NCBI GenBank assembly: GCA_903883965.1
Contig: CAISCU010000035.1
Location: 25,216-89,215, forward strand
Source of the DNA: an uncultured Bacteroidota bacterium
GTDB lineage: Bacteria > Bacteroidota > Bacteroidia > UKL13-3
Length of the DNA stretch: 64,000 nt
Direction of reading: 5' to 3'
Shown: positions 61,491-64,000 of the stretch, piece after piece
How positions within the stretch are numbered: position 1 is the stretch's first letter
Layout: every line of letters starts with the position of its first letter
Program-made: the position numbers and the translations under genes
The notes under the pieces: generated by a model
The model's database searches: none
Told to the model about the DNA's origin: nothing
What the model saw: only the letters and a program-made list of their open reading frames with translations

Positions 61491-62717
61491 ATGCATCCCA
61501 AAGACCTTCGGATAGATTCTTTTACTTATGAGCTCCCTGAAGCTGCCGTAGCTATTTATCCGCTTGAAAACAGAGACGAATCTAAACTTCTGATATATAA
61601 AAATGGCCAAATTGACCATTTTGAATTCAAGCAATTTCCTCAGTTGGTTCCCAATGAAGCCATGCTGGTATTGAACAATACCAAGGTTTTTCATGCCCGG
61701 TTATTCTTTCAAAAGGAAAGTGGCAGCACCATTGAAATCTTTTGTTTAAGCCCTTATGAGCCCAAAGCACATGTAAACAATTTTGCGAGCAAAACGAACT
61801 GTACTTGGGAATGTTATATAGGTAATGCTAAAAAATGGAAAAGCGGAGTCTTAGAGTTGAACTTTGAATTCAATGGCAATTCATATGTATGCCAAGCTGA
61901 ATTGATAAAAAAACAAACAAATACCTACTTAGTTAAATTTTCTTGGAACGCGCCAGAATTGTGTTTTTTAGATTTGACTGAACTGTTGGGAAAACTTCCA
62001 ATTCCTCCCTATTTAGATAGAGATGCCGAATTGATAGATGAATTGAGATACCAAACCGTATTTGCCGAAAAAACAGGTTCGGTGGCAGCCCCAACTGCAT
62101 CGTTGCATTTTACCCCTGCCGTTTTTGAAGCATTAAAAAATAAAGGTGTCGATTTGTGTCAACTCACTTTGCATGTGGGTGCTGGCACATTCAAACCTGT
62201 AACAGCTAGTACAATTGAAGGCCACGAGATGCATCATGAAACTGTGGAAATTAACCTTGATTCGCTCCAGAAAATAGCTGCCGCCTTGCAAAAAAATCAA
62301 CCCATTATTTGTGTTGGAACAACCGCCTTGAGAAGTTTAGAAAGTATATTTTGGCACGCGTTAAACGTTTTCGAAAATCAGACTGCTGTAGAAAATCTGC
62401 ATATAGAACAATGGACGCCCTACCAAACAACAACCAATGCAAACGCACTTGATTTGGTTCAGAACTTAATTACTGAAATGCAGAATGCGAATATTCATGC
62501 CATACGCGGTACAACAGGTATTTTAATTGCACCAGGATATGCTTTTAGATTAGCCAATGCGTTGGTAACTAATTTTCATCAACCACAAAGTACTTTGTTA
62601 TTGCTCATTGCTGCAATTATTGGAGACAATTGGAAATTGGTATATGAATCAGCTATTCAAAACCAATACCGATTTTTAAGTTACGGCGACAGCAGTTTAC
62701 TCTGGATCAATCATTGA
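61491..62717 (+). CDS. queA: S-adenosylmethionine:tRNA ribosyltransferase-isomerase
   Basis: PIPPY, RYQTVFA..GSVAAPTASLHFT, TLHVGAGTFKPV, TNFHQPQSTL and YRFLSYGD motifs. Confidence 0.95.
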   Translation: MHPKDLRIDSFTYELPEAAVAIYPLENRDESKLLIYKNGQIDHFEFKQFPQLVPNEAMLVLNNTKVFHARLFFQKESGSTIEIFCLSPYEPKAHVNNFASKTNCTWECYIGNAKKWKSGVLELNFEFNGNSYVCQAELIKKQTNTYLVKFSWNAPELCFLDLTELLGKLPIPPYLDRDAELIDELRYQTVFAEKTGSVAAPTASLHFTPAVFEALKNKGVDLCQLTLHVGAGTFKPVTASTIEGHEMHHETVEINLDSLQKIAAALQKNQPIICVGTTALRSLESIFWHALNVFENQTAVENLHIEQWTPYQTTTNANALDLVQNLITEMQNANIHAIRGTTGILIAPGYAFRLANALVTNFHQPQSTLLLLIAAIIGDNWKLVYESAIQNQYRFLSYGDSSLLWINH

Positions 62718-62885
62718 CAAGACTTAACTCAAAAAAGAAAGAACATTTTAATTGTTCCTTTCTACAAAAAACAATTTAGTTGATTGCAATTTGGTTGGTA
62801 TTTATTCAAAAAAATGACAGGAATTTAAAACAGCAAATCAGAGAATTGTTCTAATATTGCAGTACAAAAATTAAAAAATACCATT

Positions 62886-63530
62886 ATGACAATGTTAGTA
62901 GGTAAAAAAGCACCTAGTTTTAGTGCTACTGCTGTAGTAAACGGAGGTGAGTTTTCAGAAAATTTTTCACTGACTCAATTTGTAGGAAAGAAACATGTTT
63001 TGTTTTTCTTTTATCCATTAGATTTCACATTTGTTTGTCCAACCGAAATAATAGCTTTTCAAAATAGAATTGCCGATTTTGAAAAAAGAAATGTACAAGT
63101 AGTAGGTTGTTCAGTTGACAGTCATTTTAGCCACTGGGCTTGGCTAAATACCCCTAAAAACAAAGGCGGTATTCAAGGGGTTCAGTTTCCTATTGTTGCT
63201 GACATTAACAAAACAATTGCTCACAATTACGGGGTTTTAGCTGGTCATTATGATTACAATGAACACAACGAATTAATTTGGGTTGGAAACCAAGGTGAAA
63301 ATGCCGTTTCTTACAGAGGTTTGTTTTTAATAGACAAAGAAGGTAATGTACGCCACCAAGTTGTAAATGACATGCCACTTGGAAGAAGCATTGACGAGGC
63401 TCTTCGCATGATTGATGCCTTACAGTTTTTTGAAGAAAAAGGTGAAGTTTGCCCTGCAAACTGGGCAGAAGGAAAAGAAGGCATGCAAGCCACTTCTGAA
63501 GGAGTTGCAAAATATTTAGGAGAACATTAA
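62886..63530 (+). CDS. ahpC: Typical 2-Cys peroxiredoxin (AhpC/Prx1)
   Basis: FYPLDFTFVCPTE and GEVCPANW motifs. Confidence 0.92.
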   Translation: MTMLVGKKAPSFSATAVVNGGEFSENFSLTQFVGKKHVLFFFYPLDFTFVCPTEIIAFQNRIADFEKRNVQVVGCSVDSHFSHWAWLNTPKNKGGIQGVQFPIVADINKTIAHNYGVLAGHYDYNEHNELIWVGNQGENAVSYRGLFLIDKEGNVRHQVVNDMPLGRSIDEALRMIDALQFFEEKGEVCPANWAEGKEGMQATSEGVAKYLGEH

Positions 63531-63557
63531 AAAAAGGCGGTTAAACCGCCTTTTTTT
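63529..63557. terminator. Bidirectional intrinsic terminator
   Basis: A7-GGCGG-TTAAA-CCGCC-T7 between convergent genes. Confidence 0.9.
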
Positions 63558-63999
63558 ATATCCACAACCAAGGAATGAGAAAGGACCATTCTATGGCAAT
63601 CCGATACCAATTACATTGATAGCGTTGCATCTTGCAGAGCGCGAAAATAGATTTGAGTACAACCAACACAAATAAATAGGATACGATGAGCTGATTGTAG
63701 ATTTCAGCTGAAGTGATTATAACTGATACAATACCTGTTACAAAAAGCAAGAGAAACATGGTTTGACTAATCTTGTTAGTTGTAACTCCATTCGGTACCC
63801 CATAGCGCTTGTCAGTAGCTTTTTCAATCCAAGCAATGCCATACATGGCATACAATGTCAATCCAAAAAAATATCCAATTACAAGGAATTCATACAAGCC
63901 CGGATTGAGTATAACCTGGAAATAAATACCTACAGTATAAACACTTGCGGCAAAGATTTCTTTTGGAACATATCTTGTTGCATTCAATGCCAAATATAA
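63556..63999 (-). CDS. Integral membrane protein (5'-partial), possibly UbiA-prenyltransferase-like
   Basis: Frame is open to the window edge; several hydrophobic segments; ends at the shared terminator. Family call is weak. Confidence 0.55.
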   Translation of the reverse strand, partial: LYLALNATRYVPKEIFAASVYTVGIYFQVILNPGLYEFLVIGYFFGLTLYAMYGIAWIEKATDKRYGVPNGVTTNKISQTMFLLLFVTGIVSVIITSAEIYNQLIVSYLFVLVVLKSIFALCKMQRYQCNWYRIAIEWSFLIPWLWI

Positions 64000-64000
64000 G

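Noticed and set aside
1-64000. Mobile elements, prophage, defence systems, tRNA/rRNA, pseudogenes
   Set aside because: No transposase, integrase, phage or defence-type ORF, no tRNA/rRNA-like sequence and no evident frameshifted gene were seen.

Overview
AT-rich Bacteroidota chromosomal segment, very densely packed. I found no mobile element, CRISPR array, tRNA or rRNA. The centre (20.5-37.6 kb, minus strand) is the complete str/S10/spc/alpha ribosomal superoperon (rpsL to rplQ, without tuf, adk or map). It is flanked by housekeeping genes (mfd, uvrB, uvrC, cinA, dcd, ugd/uxs, waaA, gcvP, gldB, nadE, mtgA, bshC, rimO, ftsY, rpmB/rpmG, queA, ahpC-type peroxiredoxin), a large partial multidomain surface protein, a TonB-dependent receptor and a T9SS cargo protein. 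Four small genes missing from the ORF track were found by hand translation: rpmJ, rpmD, DUF4295/bL38 and an unannotated 45-aa lipoprotein. The most unusual signals are architectural or regulatory. Two divergent genes have start codons sharing one CATG palindrome, inside a four-gene alternating chain with no intergenic bases. Many genes have their ATG 4-6 nt after a Bacteroidota -7 promoter element (candidate leaderless mRNAs). There are structured RNA leaders before rpsH and rpsL, isolated SD-like motifs before rplF and rpmG, and a pure KKAA(P/A)-repeat histone-H1-like protein. All calls come from reading the sequence and recognising families; no database searches or folding programs were run.
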